Assembly: GCA_965601665.1 (NCBI GenBank)
Contig: OZ271833.1
Coordinates: 562,205-626,204 of the forward strand
Length of the DNA: 64,000 bases
From: Gammaproteobacteria bacterium
GTDB lineage: Bacteria > Pseudomonadota > Gammaproteobacteria > Eutrophobiales > Eutrophobiaceae
Direction of reading: 5' to 3'
Shown: positions 1 through 9,378 of the stretch, one piece after another
Layout of the letters: the number at the start of each line of letters is the position of its first letter
Numbering within the stretch: the first letter of the stretch is position 1
Notes under the pieces: model-generated
Databases searched by the model: none
What the model saw: the letters and a program-made list of their open reading frames with translations, nothing else
Told to the model about the DNA's origin: nothing
Program-made: the position numbers and the translations under genes

Positions 1-36
1 AGGACATTCATGCATTGGTAACAGGAGTGCTCAATT

Positions 37-615
37 ATGACGGATACTAATAAAGTAGAAGTTTCAAAAAGAGATTTATATTTTTTTAGGCAAAGGCTTA
101 AAAATAAAATATTTCAATCTGTTGTTGCATATTTTGCGAAGGAAGCTAAAGCAAAAAAAATCACTAAAAAAGATTTGGCTATTGCTCTTGGTAAAGACCC
201 GGCTCAAATCACTAGATGGCTATCTGGTCCAAATAATTGGACTTTAGATACCATTAGTGATCTTTTGTTAGCTTTAAATGCAGAGCTTCATCACGAAGTT
301 GTTTCTTTACACGAACAAAAAAATGTTAAGGAAGAAAACGTAGCAAAGATAGAACCAGTAATTCGAACTGCCGTATGCGATGCAGGGTTATCTGGTAGTC
401 CCTATTTGATATACCATCAGATGCTCTGGGGAAGTAGACCAACGGAACTGAGTAGTGATGAAACAGTAGTGATGCATGGAGTAAAAAAAGGAAAAGATTC
501 AGCTAGGGCGGCAATCGCTCAACATCCAACCTTTGCTTTTCCAGCCTCTAACCAAAAAACTCCATCACTTGATGATTTCAAACATAGAACAAAACCAAAT
601 GTAGGCGTGTCATGA
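37..615 (+). CDS. XRE-family helix-turn-helix protein, island cargo, 192 aa
   Basis: The ORF sits in a very AT-rich stretch. The segment KKDLAIALGKDPAQITRWLSGPNNWTLDTISDLLLALNAEL matches the XRE/Cro-type HTH pattern (…L A..LG…isr.E.G…P.l.tl..la.aL). An AGGAG-like RBS lies upstream of the ATG. The roughly 100-aa C-terminal half has no motif I recognise. Confidence 0.5.
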   Translation: MTDTNKVEVSKRDLYFFRQRLKNKIFQSVVAYFAKEAKAKKITKKDLAIALGKDPAQITRWLSGPNNWTLDTISDLLLALNAELHHEVVSLHEQKNVKEENVAKIEPVIRTAVCDAGLSGSPYLIYHQMLWGSRPTELSSDETVVMHGVKKGKDSARAAIAQHPTFAFPASNQKTPSLDDFKHRTKPNVGVS

Positions 616-1274
616 ATATATTGAATGTAAATTTAGCTAGATCCGTTTGGTTAGTTCGAACGTCTTTTTTAAATCCAGATGGAAGATCTGTTGTTCCTTT
701 ATTAGGTGCAATTATGGATAGATATTCTTTTGTAAACGCCACGCCTTTTGACCAAGTGCTAAAAAAGAATAGCGGTGAAAGTCTCAAATACGAATATGGG
801 ACCTTTATTAATAGTCAACAAATACCATTAGAAATATCTTTGACGATCCATAATGATGGTTTAGTTGTAGATACTACGTCTTCTACTGAAAATGCTGACA
901 TGTTCTTGGAGGATATTTTAACCTGGCTGCATGAAGAGCATGGTTTAGTTCACCCCGACGAATTGCCTTTTAAAAAACTTCATATTAGTGAAGTTTATTT
1001 CCATTTAAATAAGCCAACTACTTTTCTGGATGAGAAATTAAATGAATTTATAAAAAAAGCGTCTAATTCAATTAAGAATGAGAAACTTGGGAAATTTGAA
1101 TTCACTGGTTTTGCTATAAGCACTGATCCAGACAATTCGCAGAATGTATTGTCAGTACGGGTTGAAAGAGAAGTTAATACTAGTTTTGCAGAAAATAGAT
1201 TCTTTTCTTCTGCTCAACTGACAAGTAAGCAACACCTAGCTTTACTTGAGCTACTCGAAGAAGGGAATAATTAG
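612..1274 (+). CDS. hypothetical protein, 220 aa, translationally coupled to the upstream HTH gene
   Basis: Its ATG overlaps the upstream stop in an ATGA arrangement. It shares the same AT-rich composition. It has no recognisable catalytic or binding motif, no signal peptide and no TM segment. Confidence 0.45.
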   Translation: MNILNVNLARSVWLVRTSFLNPDGRSVVPLLGAIMDRYSFVNATPFDQVLKKNSGESLKYEYGTFINSQQIPLEISLTIHNDGLVVDTTSSTENADMFLEDILTWLHEEHGLVHPDELPFKKLHISEVYFHLNKPTTFLDEKLNEFIKKASNSIKNEKLGKFEFTGFAISTDPDNSQNVLSVRVEREVNTSFAENRFFSSAQLTSKQHLALLELLEEGNN

Positions 1275-1350
1275 TTGCACATTAATTACACCATTCTCGC
1301 AATTTAATTAAAAGAAATGCATATAAACAATAGTTTAAATAATTAATTAT

Positions 1351-1400
1351 AGGGATTTATAATCCCAAGGTCATAGGTTCGATCCCTATACGACCCACCA
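1351..1400 (+). repeat. tRNA-Lys(UUU) 3'-half fragment, anticodon loop to CCA; putative attR repeat of an integrated element
   Basis: The sequence …atttataatcccaaggtcataggttcgatccctatacgacccacca has a T-arm (atagg/ttcgatc/cctat), the acceptor 3' strand acgaccc, a discriminator A and CCA. Its 3' end is nearly identical to canonical tRNA-Lys (…GGTCGCAGGTTCGAATCCTGCACGACCCACCA). Nothing upstream can form a D-arm or a 5' acceptor strand, so it is not a full gene. There is a sharp AT-rich to GC-normal composition switch at this point. Confidence 0.6.
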
Positions 1401-1408
1401 TTTATTCA

Positions 1409-1801
1409 CTATGGCGTCCAAATAAACTCGACACGAATACCACTTGGTTCAAAGACCATGAAATGCTTTGCGGGCCCATCCCCTAAACTCACAGGTGCAA
1501 AGTAGATGTTAACGCCCGCAAATGTACTTGTTTTTTTGAATAACGGTTCCAGGTCGGATTCGTTCGTTACCCTTATCGCCACATGATGAAGTCCAACGTT
1601 TGCTTTTCTATCAAATGGTATGGCATCAGCATCGGTTTGCCATAGTGTAAGAAACGCATTTCCATTAGTGACAAACTTTGCCGGGTATTCCGGTACTTCC
1701 CTGGCCAGGTTCCACCCTAAACAATCGATAAAGAAGGCAGCGGTCTCGTCAAGTTTGGCTACGGCTAAACCTAAATGGGCAATACCCGTTGTTTCCATCA
1801 T
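1409..1801 (-). CDS. VOC family protein (glyoxalase/bleomycin-resistance/dioxygenase fold)
   Basis: 130 aa. It shows the βαβββ-type sequence pattern HLGLAV…GLHHVAIRV. Confidence 0.7.
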   Translation of the reverse strand: MMETTGIAHLGLAVAKLDETAAFFIDCLGWNLAREVPEYPAKFVTNGNAFLTLWQTDADAIPFDRKANVGLHHVAIRVTNESDLEPLFKKTSTFAGVNIYFAPVSLGDGPAKHFMVFEPSGIRVEFIWTP

Positions 1802-1834
1802 AGTTCTCCTGTTAAGTCTAAATAAATACGATTG

Positions 1835-3409
1835 TTAAATATCAAGCACCAGTTTGTCCGACTTCGCCCTGGACACACAGGGGCACATCATTTGGCCTGT
1901 CTCGCGTTCTTCATCTGTTAGTGCGCTATCATGATGTTCTGCCTCACCTTCAAGGACCTTTACGACACATGACTTGCAGTTTCCTGCTTTACAGCTAAAT
2001 GGTATCGGCACGTCTTCTGCCAACATGGCATCCAGTAACGACTTGTCGGCCGGAACATCAATTGTTTTTCCAGAGCGCGCAAGTTCAAGCGTGACCGGTC
2101 TTGCATCTACCAGGGCAGCCGCACTGAAACGTTCATAACGTACCCGGTTTGATGCAATCCCGTTTTTTTGTGCGGTGGCAAGTGCTGCATCAATTAAACG
2201 CTGTGGCCCACAGATGTAGAAAAGAGAATCTGTACTGGCCGCTGTCATGATGGATGCTAAATCCATACGTTGACCTTCCTGTTTGATATAGATGCTAATG
2301 GCGTCGCCGAACTCTCGCTGCAGGCGATCACGGTAGGGCATGTCCCAACGGCCACGCCCAGCATAGTGGAGGTGCATAGTTACATGACGTTCTTTCAGGT
2401 CATGTGCCATCGCCTTGATTGGCGTAATGCCGATACCGCCAGCAATCAATATGGCGGGGCGATTGTCACCGTGTAACGCAAAATTATTTTCGGGTTTGCC
2501 AGTGTGAATGATTTGACCGAGTTGATAATGGTCATGGATATAATCAGAGCCGCCACTGCCATTGTCCTCTCTCAGGACTGCAATTTCATACGCATCCTGG
2601 CGCGCAGGGTTAGTGGCAATTGAATAATGACGCCATTGCAGTTCTCCATCTTCAAGCAGTACCGGCATCTTTATATGTGAGCCTGCTGATACTTTAGGTA
2701 ACGGACTACGATCTATGGTGCGAAATTCATAGGCGCGAACATTATTGGCAATCTGTCGTATCCCTGTGATGACCAATTCAAGTTCACCTTCTCCAGGAAC
2801 GTCCGGCACCTTGCGTACAACTGATTTTGATTTAAGCGCTTGGTTCTCTTCCAATACTGGCGCCATCATTTGCTCTACTTCCGCTTCAGTGTAACGTGGT
2901 GTAATGTGTTGCGGGCAATTCCAGTCGAAGGCTTCTACATGAATGATAAAAGCACGCTCAATACGGGCGCGGTAATGATCGTCTTCCAGTTTTTCGATTG
3001 TTGCCAGATCATCCATGTCAACTGTTTCAACACGGCCGAGTAATTTCAAACGGGTTCGATTTGGATAATCCATGAAGAACAGGGCCACGCGGTTATCGTT
3101 CTTGAAGTTACCGGTGCTGACATATTGGCGGTTACCCGAATAGTCGGCGAAGCCAATGGTGTTGTCATCGAGTACTTTCATGAAACCGGTCGGGCCGCCA
3201 CGATGCTGCACATAAGGCCAGCCTGTTTCACTAACACTTGCCATGTAAAAACTGTCGCGCGCGGCAATGAAATTGGCCTCGCGTTCACTAAGAACATTGT
3301 TATAGTCATCGCCCTGATCCATGTTGGCATAGCCCTGACGACTACCCAGTTGCGCTTGCATTTCTCGTACTGCTGGAGTGAAAGCGATTTCGGCAAACTT
3401 ATGTGGCAT
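1835..3409 (-). CDS. three-domain oxidoreductase: PNPOx-like FMN-binding domain + FNR-like FAD/NAD-binding reductase + C-terminal 2Fe-2S ferredoxin
   Basis: The N-terminal domain is of the pyridoxamine-5'-phosphate-oxidase family (…WPYVQHRGGPTGFMKV…). The middle has the FNR Rossmann motif AILIAGGIGITPI. The C-terminal cysteine cluster CKAGNCKSCVVK…CPC is plant-type ferredoxin-like. Confidence 0.75.
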   Translation of the reverse strand: MPHKFAEIAFTPAVREMQAQLGSRQGYANMDQGDDYNNVLSEREANFIAARDSFYMASVSETGWPYVQHRGGPTGFMKVLDDNTIGFADYSGNRQYVSTGNFKNDNRVALFFMDYPNRTRLKLLGRVETVDMDDLATIEKLEDDHYRARIERAFIIHVEAFDWNCPQHITPRYTEAEVEQMMAPVLEENQALKSKSVVRKVPDVPGEGELELVITGIRQIANNVRAYEFRTIDRSPLPKVSAGSHIKMPVLLEDGELQWRHYSIATNPARQDAYEIAVLREDNGSGGSDYIHDHYQLGQIIHTGKPENNFALHGDNRPAILIAGGIGITPIKAMAHDLKERHVTMHLHYAGRGRWDMPYRDRLQREFGDAISIYIKQEGQRMDLASIMTAASTDSLFYICGPQRLIDAALATAQKNGIASNRVRYERFSAAALVDARPVTLELARSGKTIDVPADKSLLDAMLAEDVPIPFSCKAGNCKSCVVKVLEGEAEHHDSALTDEERETGQMMCPCVSRAKSDKLVLDI

Positions 3410-3468
3410 TTTACTATCCTCAATTTACGTGAAATCGTGCCGCGCAGAGTACTGCGCGGCACTAAGGG

Positions 3469-4014
3469 TTATGATGCTTTTTGCAGCTCAACTCTTGGAA
3501 AGTCGATGTCGACGCGGCTGGCCTTACCGAGGATATTCGTCAGTATGTTCATTCCGACATGCGTGATGATCTCGACGATTTCGGCTTCGTTATAACCTGC
3601 ATTACGTACCGCGAGTATTTCACCGGTTGTCACTTCCCCGTTGTGTTCTACCAGTGCCTTGGCAAATTTCACGGCTGCAGCAGCTTTTTCATCCTGGCTG
3701 GTACCAGCACGGTTGGCTTCAATCTCGGCATTATTTAAGCCTGCCTTACGACCAATTGCCGTATGCGCTGATACGCAGTATTGGCATTCATTCTGTTGCG
3801 CGATAGCCAGCGCGATACGCTCACGGGTTTGTGGGTCCAGGCTGCCTTCGCCTGCGATGCCATGCAGTCCAAGGAAGGCACGCAATGCGGCAGGTGAATT
3901 GGCAAAGACTTTCAGAAAATTGGGTACCATGCCCAGTTGCTGCTGGATGGCTTCCAGTAGTTGCAGCTGTTCCTGGTTGGCATTGTCTTTTTCGACTACG
4001 TTGATTCGGCTCAT
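3469..4014 (-). CDS. carboxymuconolactone decarboxylase / AhpD-family peroxidase-like protein
   Basis: The AhpD core motif CxxCxxxH is present as ECQYCVSAHT. Length is 181 aa. Confidence 0.75.
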   Translation of the reverse strand: MSRINVVEKDNANQEQLQLLEAIQQQLGMVPNFLKVFANSPAALRAFLGLHGIAGEGSLDPQTRERIALAIAQQNECQYCVSAHTAIGRKAGLNNAEIEANRAGTSQDEKAAAAVKFAKALVEHNGEVTTGEILAVRNAGYNEAEIVEIITHVGMNILTNILGKASRVDIDFPRVELQKAS

Positions 4015-4146
4015 TTCATTTCTCCGGTTAGGTTGATTTAAGGGTCACTCCAAAAATAGGTAGCAACTGGAGGAGAGTATGGTCTGTTCCGTTTTAGAAA
4101 AGAATAAGCTAATATTGGAATTAACTATTCCAAAAAAAGGAATAAT

Positions 4147-5082
4147 ATGGATAGGTTTTTACAATTAAAAGTATTTACCGCGGTAGCCGAGGAAGAGGGG
4201 TTTAACGCGGCTGCACGACGCCTGAACATGTCGCCGCCAGCTGTAACACGCACTGTTGCGGCGTTAGAGGACCATCTTGGCGTGAAACTGTTAAATAGAA
4301 CAACTCGATATGTGCGCGTTACAGATGCAGGCTCAACATACTTGCAAGACGCCCGCCGAATACTAAACGAACTTGAATCTGCTGATGAGGCAGCTGGTGG
4401 CACTAACGCAGAGCCGCGCGGTCAGCTTGTCATCACGGCTCCCGTGATGTTTGGTAATTTATTCATATTACCCCTGACACTCGAGTACCTCGAAAAGTAC
4501 CCGCTAACCAGTATTGACACTCGTTTCGTCGATAGAATGGTAAATATGCTTGAGGAAGGAATCGATATTGGTATCAGGATAGGGGAACTGGCAGATTCCA
4601 GTATGCGCGCAATCAGGGTTGGCGCCATCAAGCAGGTACTGGTAGCTTCGCCTGAATATATTAAAGAACATGGCGTACCTGAAAAACCGGCGGATTTGAA
4701 ACAACACAATCTGATCACCTCAAGTGCCGGTGATTTTACCCAGGATTGGCAATTCAAACCGGGCAAGCAACATACAAACATCCGCGTTAAATCACGTCTG
4801 TCTGTAACGACTAACGATGCTGCTATCCATGCAGCTGAGGAAGGATTCGGGATCAGTCGAGTGCTGTCTTATCAAGTTGCAGACAAGGTCAAGCAAGGGC
4901 ACCTGAAAATACTGCTTGGCGATTATCAGACAGATGCTAAACCCATTCATATCATTCATAACGAAGGACGATTTGTATCGACCAGGGTGCGTTCATACAT
5001 TGATTTTATAGCTGAAAACCTGAAGAGTAATTCCGCCTTACAGCCAGTTAGTGCAGATGCTCTTGCAATGAATAGAAATTAG
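4147..5082 (+). CDS. LysR-family transcriptional regulator
   Basis: It has an N-terminal LysR HTH (LQLKVFTAVAEEEGFNAAARRLNMSPPAVTRTVAALEDHLGVKLLNRTTR) and a C-terminal LysR substrate-binding domain. It is divergent from the AhpD-like/oxidoreductase/VOC genes. Confidence 0.85.
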   Translation: MDRFLQLKVFTAVAEEEGFNAAARRLNMSPPAVTRTVAALEDHLGVKLLNRTTRYVRVTDAGSTYLQDARRILNELESADEAAGGTNAEPRGQLVITAPVMFGNLFILPLTLEYLEKYPLTSIDTRFVDRMVNMLEEGIDIGIRIGELADSSMRAIRVGAIKQVLVASPEYIKEHGVPEKPADLKQHNLITSSAGDFTQDWQFKPGKQHTNIRVKSRLSVTTNDAAIHAAEEGFGISRVLSYQVADKVKQGHLKILLGDYQTDAKPIHIIHNEGRFVSTRVRSYIDFIAENLKSNSALQPVSADALAMNRN

Positions 5083-5090
5083 AATAGAGC

Positions 5091-5753
5091 ATGGAAATGG
5101 ACCTCTTACCACTATTTAGTAGCGCTTTTTCTATATTAATACCGTTCTTTATTGTCTTTGTTTTATTCACTGCTCTTGGAGCATATTTCCGCAGCTCATC
5201 ATTCAAGGGAAAACTCGGTGAGTCATTCGTGAATAATTTTGCGAAAGCGATGCTGGATAAGAAAACCTACTATTTGTTACAGAATGTGACGTTAAAAGAT
5301 GGTGGTGGAACAACACAGATTGATCATATTATCGTGTCAAAATATGGCGTATTTGTTATTGAGACCAAAACTATGAAAGGCTGGATCTTTGGCGAAGAGC
5401 AGCACAAAACCTGGACTCAAGTGCTCTTTAAAGATAAGTACACATTCCAGAACCCATTAAGGCAGAACTACAAGCATGTCAAAGCCGTTCAGGATTTATT
5501 GAAAATTAATGATGATCAGATTCATTCTGTTGTTGCATTCATGGGAGAGAGCACCTTTAAAACTGCCATGCCCGATAACGTGACGCAAGGATTGGATTAT
5601 ATAGACTATATCAAGTCAAAGAAGAAACCTGTGTTAACCGGGGAAGAGGTTGAAATAATAAAAATCAAGCTGGAGTCATACCGGCTAGAGAATTCTCGAC
5701 AAACGGATAAGGCACATATTGAACACGTTAAACGTTTACATGATAAAAGCTGA
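5091..5753 (+). CDS. NERD (nuclease-related domain) protein with an N-terminal transmembrane anchor
   Basis: The NERD core signature is IDHIIVSKYGVFVIETKTMKG…KTW…NP. A hydrophobic helix lies at residues about 8–32. The gene appears more AT-rich than its neighbours. Confidence 0.65.
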   Translation: MEMDLLPLFSSAFSILIPFFIVFVLFTALGAYFRSSSFKGKLGESFVNNFAKAMLDKKTYYLLQNVTLKDGGGTTQIDHIIVSKYGVFVIETKTMKGWIFGEEQHKTWTQVLFKDKYTFQNPLRQNYKHVKAVQDLLKINDDQIHSVVAFMGESTFKTAMPDNVTQGLDYIDYIKSKKKPVLTGEEVEIIKIKLESYRLENSRQTDKAHIEHVKRLHDKS

Positions 5754-5789
5754 ATTTATAACGATTTGTAATTTTATCATTAGCCCGGT

Positions 5790-7001
5790 CTAGTGATTCC
5801 TCGCAGTAATTCGCACCGAATCCGTTATTCTGTCACTCGGGTAAGCGACGATACGAGTACCGACATCAAGGCCATCGATGATTTCCGCTTCCAGGCTGGT
5901 GCGGCGGCCCAGTTCAACGTAGCGAAGTTGTGCTCTTCCATTATCTTCCACATAAACTGCCCAGCGTTCGTTGTCCCGGAACAAAGCGGTTAACGGCACC
6001 TTGAGCACATCATTACCTACCCAGATCACTACCCTTAGCTCCACCTGGTAACCATGACCAAGACGTGACCATTGCTCGGGCGGGCTGTTGAAATCGATGA
6101 TGACATTAACGCGTTGCTCCTCTATGCCCAATGCAGATACTTTTGTGAATCCAAAGGGTTCGACCCGGCGTACTTGCCCGGCAAGATCGCCGTCGCCACC
6201 CCAATCCTCGATGATCACTACCTGGCCCGGTCTGACTTTTACCGCATCGGAGGAAAGGAGGTCGACGACGATTTCCAGCGAGGCTGGATCGCCGATATCA
6301 ACCAGTGCCTTGCCTGCCGTCACCACGCCTTCGTTTTCGTGCAAGACCTGTAATATACGACCATCGACCGGCGCCCGGATCGGGATGCAATGGCAAAGTC
6401 CATGCTGGTCTTGTGTCTCAATGGGCGTCATCAATTGTGCCCGTGCATGTTCAAGTTCGAATATCCGCATTTGCAGCATCGCCTGGGAAGTGCCAAGGGC
6501 CGCGCGACGTGTTTTAAAGGCGCGCTCGGCTTCGTCGAGTGTGCGTTCGGACACGGTATTTTCTTTAAACAATTTACGATTGCGTTCCAGTTCTGCTTCG
6601 GCAAATTCCAGCTCGGCCTTTGCTTCTTCAACCGAGGCTTCTGCCAGTGTCTTTGCTGCTTTTGCAGCTTCCAGGCTAGCCTCTGCCTGAGCAGCACTGC
6701 GCGGGTCGAGAAACTCGGGATCAATGGGCTCGATTTCGGCAATGATTGTTTCATTTGCGATAACGTTGTCGCCAGGATCCAGCTCAATACGTCGCACACG
6801 ACCATCGACCGGTGCCGACAGTGTGAACACGTCTCGTACGCGGGTTTCGCCTTCTTCATCAATGCTGACCAACAGCTCACCCTTCTCAATTGTCAACAGA
6901 TCAACCAGTATGGCCCGGGGCCATAAACCGTAAACTACACCACCCAGCAGGAAGGTACCCAGTATCGCCCAAAATAGTATTCTTCTTTGCATTGCTGTCA
7001 T
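5790..7001 (-). CDS. HlyD-family periplasmic adaptor (membrane fusion protein)
   Basis: It has an N-terminal TM anchor, a coiled-coil Ala/Glu-rich middle section and β-barrel/lipoyl-like flanks typical of membrane fusion proteins. It follows the ABC genes on the same strand. Confidence 0.8.
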   Translation of the reverse strand: MTAMQRRILFWAILGTFLLGGVVYGLWPRAILVDLLTIEKGELLVSIDEEGETRVRDVFTLSAPVDGRVRRIELDPGDNVIANETIIAEIEPIDPEFLDPRSAAQAEASLEAAKAAKTLAEASVEEAKAELEFAEAELERNRKLFKENTVSERTLDEAERAFKTRRAALGTSQAMLQMRIFELEHARAQLMTPIETQDQHGLCHCIPIRAPVDGRILQVLHENEGVVTAGKALVDIGDPASLEIVVDLLSSDAVKVRPGQVVIIEDWGGDGDLAGQVRRVEPFGFTKVSALGIEEQRVNVIIDFNSPPEQWSRLGHGYQVELRVVIWVGNDVLKVPLTALFRDNERWAVYVEDNGRAQLRYVELGRRTSLEAEIIDGLDVGTRIVAYPSDRITDSVRITARNH

Positions 7002-7008
7002 TGCATCG

Positions 7009-9378
7009 TCACTCCCTGGTCTTCAATACGGCGATCAAATCAAGGTGTTTAACCCGCCGCTGGACTATTGCTGCTGAAATTACTGTTGCTACCGCGACCA
7101 CCAGCGTCGCCTTGACGTAAGTCGATGGATTGATCACCAGGGGCATCCGATAGAGTTCATTTTGAAAGGCGGTTGTGATCATCAACCAGGCCACGCTCCA
7201 GCCACCGAGGCAACCCAGCGGTATGCCCACCAGGATCAACAGGGCTACCTCGCCGATGAGGATGTAGGAGATCGCCGCCGTACTGAAGCCAAGTACCCGC
7301 AGGCTGGCCAGCTCGCGGCCACGTTCAGACAGGGCGATGCGGGTGGCGTTATAGATCACCCCGAAGCCCAGTGCACAGGAGAACATTGCGAAGATATTGG
7401 TGAAGATGAGTATTTGCTCGCCTACGGTGTCGACAAAGCCGTCGATGGCCGCGCGGCGGAGCATGACGGCAGAGACGCTGGGCATGTTTTTCAGTTCTGT
7501 AAATAGTGTAGCCAGCTGCTGTTGGTCCACCAGCAGGTTGACGAATTCGAGGCTTGGCCGCTCACGGAGCTGGCGGTTGAGTTCAGCAATATCGATGTAA
7601 GCCGGCATGTCGATATAGGTCTCTACCAGATCAGCAACGGGCAGGCTTAGTACCGGTCGGCGTCCCTCCAGCACTTCCACCTGGACCCTGTCTCCAATAC
7701 CAACGTCCAGCTTGGCGGCCAGTTCGGTACCGAGCACCAGGCCCTCAGCGGGTACGCGTACCTGTGGGCGGCCGCGGGCATCATTGATCAGCTGCAGGCG
7801 GGCGTCAGGGTGTACGCCCTGTAAGCCGCCTCGATGACTGCGGTTGCCGCTGCGGAACTTGGCACCGACGATGCGCAGGGGCTCGGCCGCCAGCACGCCG
7901 GGCAGGTGCTCAAAGGTGTGCAAGGTGTCGCTGGCCTCTGGTGCGGCCAGGCCAATCATCATGTCCTGGCGCTGGGCCTCGAAGAAATACACCTGCACCA
8001 TATGATCAATGGAATCTTTCCAGTGCATGGCCATGATCAGCACGCTGATGGCACTTGCTACGCCGAGTACCGTCACCGCTGATCGCACCGGTCGACGGGC
8101 AAGCTGGCGCAGGAGGATTCGGGTTGGCTGATCAAGCCAATGCCCCAGCGTGTCGAACACGGCTGTGTGCTTGAAACTGACCGGTGTCGGCGGGCGCATG
8201 GCTTCCGCCGGTGGCAGGTTCACCGCCTGGCGTACTGCACTGAGGGTGCCGGTGAGTGCGGCCCCCAGGCTTACCAAGGCGCCTGTAATAAATACGTCGG
8301 CACCGGGCCGGTAAATAAGCAGCGGAAAGTGAAATAAAGTGGCGTACATCTCGGTGTTAAAGCGACCGAACCAGGCACCGACGACCCAGCCAAACACAAT
8401 ACCGACAGACGTGATGGCAACCACCAGCTTGATATAGTGCCAGCCGATCTCGATGCGGGTATAACCGAAGGCCTTCAGCAAGCCGATCTCTTCACGTTCA
8501 ATGGCGATCAGGCGCATCAGTACCATATGGATGAGAAAGGCAGCCACCGCCAGAAAAATCGTTGGCAGCACGGTGGTAAAGGTTTTCATTTGCTCCAGCT
8601 CGTTCATTAGAAACCAGTTGGAAAGTTGATCGGCTCGGGCAAGCGCCCCGACACCACCGTAACGGTCAAGCAGGCGGTCAAGTTGTTGTATGACCGGCTC
8701 CGGGGCGACACCGTGCTGCAGGGACAGCACCACGTCATTAAACGCGCCATCAAGATCATAGGCCGCTGCCAGGGCTTCGCGTCCCAGCCACAGGATCCCG
8801 AAGCGATCATCGTCGGGTATCAAGGCGCCGGGGCTGATGGCATAAATGTACTCCGGCGACAGTGCCACGCCGACCACGTCCAGGGTTCGTTTACGATTGT
8901 TGATAACCGCTTTGAGCTGATCACCCGGACCGAGATCGTGGGCGTCGGCGAAGGGTTCGCTGAGCACGACTTCATCCGGGTGGCCCGGGCTGACAAAGCG
9001 GCCGGCACGTAGTGCCAGGCGATTCAACCGTGGGGTGTCGCGCTCCGGGAGCGAGGCGAGCAGGCCAATCGCCGGTTCTTCAAAGCCGGTGATGTCGAGA
9101 GTGGCAAATTTCACAATGCGCGTTTCCACCGTCTGTACACCGGGGATAGCGCCGATGCGTTCGGCAAGTCGTTCCGGGGCGCGTTCGAGGCTGGCAAAGA
9201 CATCGGCAAAGCGGTAGCGCTCGTAGTAGGCCTGGGTGGTTTCATCCAGTGCCTGGGAGGTGGACAGGGACATGATCAGCACGCCGATACCGGAAGCGAC
9301 CACCAGCGCGATGGCCACGACCTGGCCACGCAGGCGCCATAACTCTCGAACTAATTTACGGTCGAGTGGCTTCACCAC
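7009..9378 (-). CDS. ABC transporter permease with two FtsX domains (YbbP/MacB-permease-like)
   Basis: 789 aa with a duplicated FtsX-type four-TM module and large periplasmic loops. It overlaps the upstream ATPase gene by 7 nt. Confidence 0.8.
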   Translation of the reverse strand: MVKPLDRKLVRELWRLRGQVVAIALVVASGIGVLIMSLSTSQALDETTQAYYERYRFADVFASLERAPERLAERIGAIPGVQTVETRIVKFATLDITGFEEPAIGLLASLPERDTPRLNRLALRAGRFVSPGHPDEVVLSEPFADAHDLGPGDQLKAVINNRKRTLDVVGVALSPEYIYAISPGALIPDDDRFGILWLGREALAAAYDLDGAFNDVVLSLQHGVAPEPVIQQLDRLLDRYGGVGALARADQLSNWFLMNELEQMKTFTTVLPTIFLAVAAFLIHMVLMRLIAIEREEIGLLKAFGYTRIEIGWHYIKLVVAITSVGIVFGWVVGAWFGRFNTEMYATLFHFPLLIYRPGADVFITGALVSLGAALTGTLSAVRQAVNLPPAEAMRPPTPVSFKHTAVFDTLGHWLDQPTRILLRQLARRPVRSAVTVLGVASAISVLIMAMHWKDSIDHMVQVYFFEAQRQDMMIGLAAPEASDTLHTFEHLPGVLAAEPLRIVGAKFRSGNRSHRGGLQGVHPDARLQLINDARGRPQVRVPAEGLVLGTELAAKLDVGIGDRVQVEVLEGRRPVLSLPVADLVETYIDMPAYIDIAELNRQLRERPSLEFVNLLVDQQQLATLFTELKNMPSVSAVMLRRAAIDGFVDTVGEQILIFTNIFAMFSCALGFGVIYNATRIALSERGRELASLRVLGFSTAAISYILIGEVALLILVGIPLGCLGGWSVAWLMITTAFQNELYRMPLVINPSTYVKATLVVAVATVISAAIVQRRVKHLDLIAVLKTRE

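Noticed and set aside
1340-1400. Possible complete tRNA gene
   Set aside because: Only the anticodon-loop-to-CCA half is tRNA-like. The sequence upstream (ataattaattat…) cannot form a D-arm or a 5' acceptor strand, and the putative anticodon stem closes a 5-nt loop. I treat it as an att-site remnant, not a functional tRNA.
6088-6926. Several 150–200 aa ORFs on the opposite strand inside the HlyD gene
   Set aside because: They are antisense and overlap a well-supported gene. They have Ser/Ala/Arg-rich low-complexity translations typical of out-of-frame GC-rich sequence.
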